Assembly: GCA_902577425.1 (NCBI GenBank)
Contig: CACGZD010000001.1
Coordinates: forward strand, 401,513 to 465,512
Length of the DNA stretch: 64,000 bases
Direction of reading: 5' to 3'
Source of the DNA: an uncultured Alphaproteobacteria bacterium
Lineage (GTDB): Bacteria > Pseudomonadota > Alphaproteobacteria > HIMB59 > GCA-002718135
The notes below the pieces were generated by a model, which made no database searches, was not told the origin of the DNA, and saw only the letters and a list, made by a program, of their open reading frames with translations. Of the stretch, positions 63,447 through 64,000 are shown one piece after another (the first letter of the stretch is position 1; each line of letters opens with the position of its first letter). Position numbers and translations under genes: made by a program.

Positions 63447-64000
63447 ATGTCTATTAAATTTGATTTACCAATATTTCCATTAAGTGGAACGATACTTTTT
63501 CCTGAAACTAACCTGCCTCTTAATATATTTGAAAAGCGATATTTAAAAATGGTTGATTTTGCATTATCTACAAATAAAAAATTTGGTATGATTCAACCAA
63601 AAGGTAATGATGAATTATATAGAATTGGATGTATTGGCAGAATCATATCGTATGAAGAAACTACTGATGGTAGATATTTAATCAATATTCTGGGTGAGCA
63701 ATATTTCAAAGTCTTGAATGAAAAAAAAACCAAAAATCTTTTTAGAACAGTTGAGGCAGAAGAGTTTGTGCCAAATAAATCAGAAAAAAAAATAAAAATA
63801 AATGATCAAACTAAACACTCTCTAATACAAAAATATGTTCAATTTGTTAAATCTTCAAAATATGAAGTTGATTTTGCTTTTTTAGAAAAGATTGAAGTAT
63901 TAGCTTTAATAAAATTTATTGCTATGGCAGCGCCTTTTGGTGCAGCAGAAAAACAAATGTTACTTGAGACATATCATTCGGATAGTTTAGCATCTAAACT
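63447..64000 (+). CDS. LON substrate-binding (Lon N-terminal) domain protein, partial at the window edge
   Basis: ATG at 63447. LPIFPLSGTILFPETNLPLNIFEKRY is the classic Lon N-domain opening. The ORF runs off the window. Confidence 0.75.
   Translation, partial: MSIKFDLPIFPLSGTILFPETNLPLNIFEKRYLKMVDFALSTNKKFGMIQPKGNDELYRIGCIGRIISYEETTDGRYLINILGEQYFKVLNEKKTKNLFRTVEAEEFVPNKSEKKIKINDQTKHSLIQKYVQFVKSSKYEVDFAFLEKIEVLALIKFIAMAAPFGAAEKQMLLETYHSDSLASK

Noticed and set aside
1-64000. Defence systems, toxin-antitoxin pairs, prophage remnants, IS elements, CRISPR arrays and rRNA genes
   Set aside because: I scanned all listed translations and the larger spacers. I found no nuclease/methylase pairs, Cas-like proteins, integrases, capsid or terminase genes, repeat-spacer arrays or rRNA-like sequence.

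Overview
The window is a very AT-rich, tightly packed stretch of chromosome. Genes often abut or overlap by 1-14 nt. I found no transposase, integrase, phage gene, CRISPR array or rRNA. The gene content points to a streamlined alphaproteobacterium: GcrA, a CarD-FdxA operon, a SUV3-like helicase, a HemX/Mic60-like plus HemY-like pair, and a complete ccmABCDEFGH operon. The style fits Pelagibacterales (SAR11), but that assignment is an inference, not a search result. Most of the window is core metabolism and information processing: ftsY, pgk, panB, dusA, acnA, folD, argG, asnB, acs, tdk, rsmB, purH, tsaD and tRNA-Gly.

The parts worth a second look are:
1. An expansion of sulfotransferases. Five SULT-like paralogs plus one family-2-like copy sit within about 16 kb, wedged between housekeeping genes. 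One of them is translationally coupled to an unlisted 52-codon ORF.
2. A small envelope-modification block next to tRNA-Gly.
3. A minus-strand cluster of four Fe(II)/2-oxoglutarate dioxygenases with a methyltransferase, next to an aldehyde dehydrogenase and a homocysteine methyltransferase. The substrate is unknown.
4. A 65-aa protein made only of Lys, Arg, Ala, Pro and the initiator Met, sitting behind the longest non-coding spacer in the window.
5. A metallophosphatase homolog in the carD operon in which every metal-ligand motif is substituted.
6. Two paralogous TPR-glycosyltransferase-9 fusion proteins.

All family calls come from motif recognition by eye. No database search was run.
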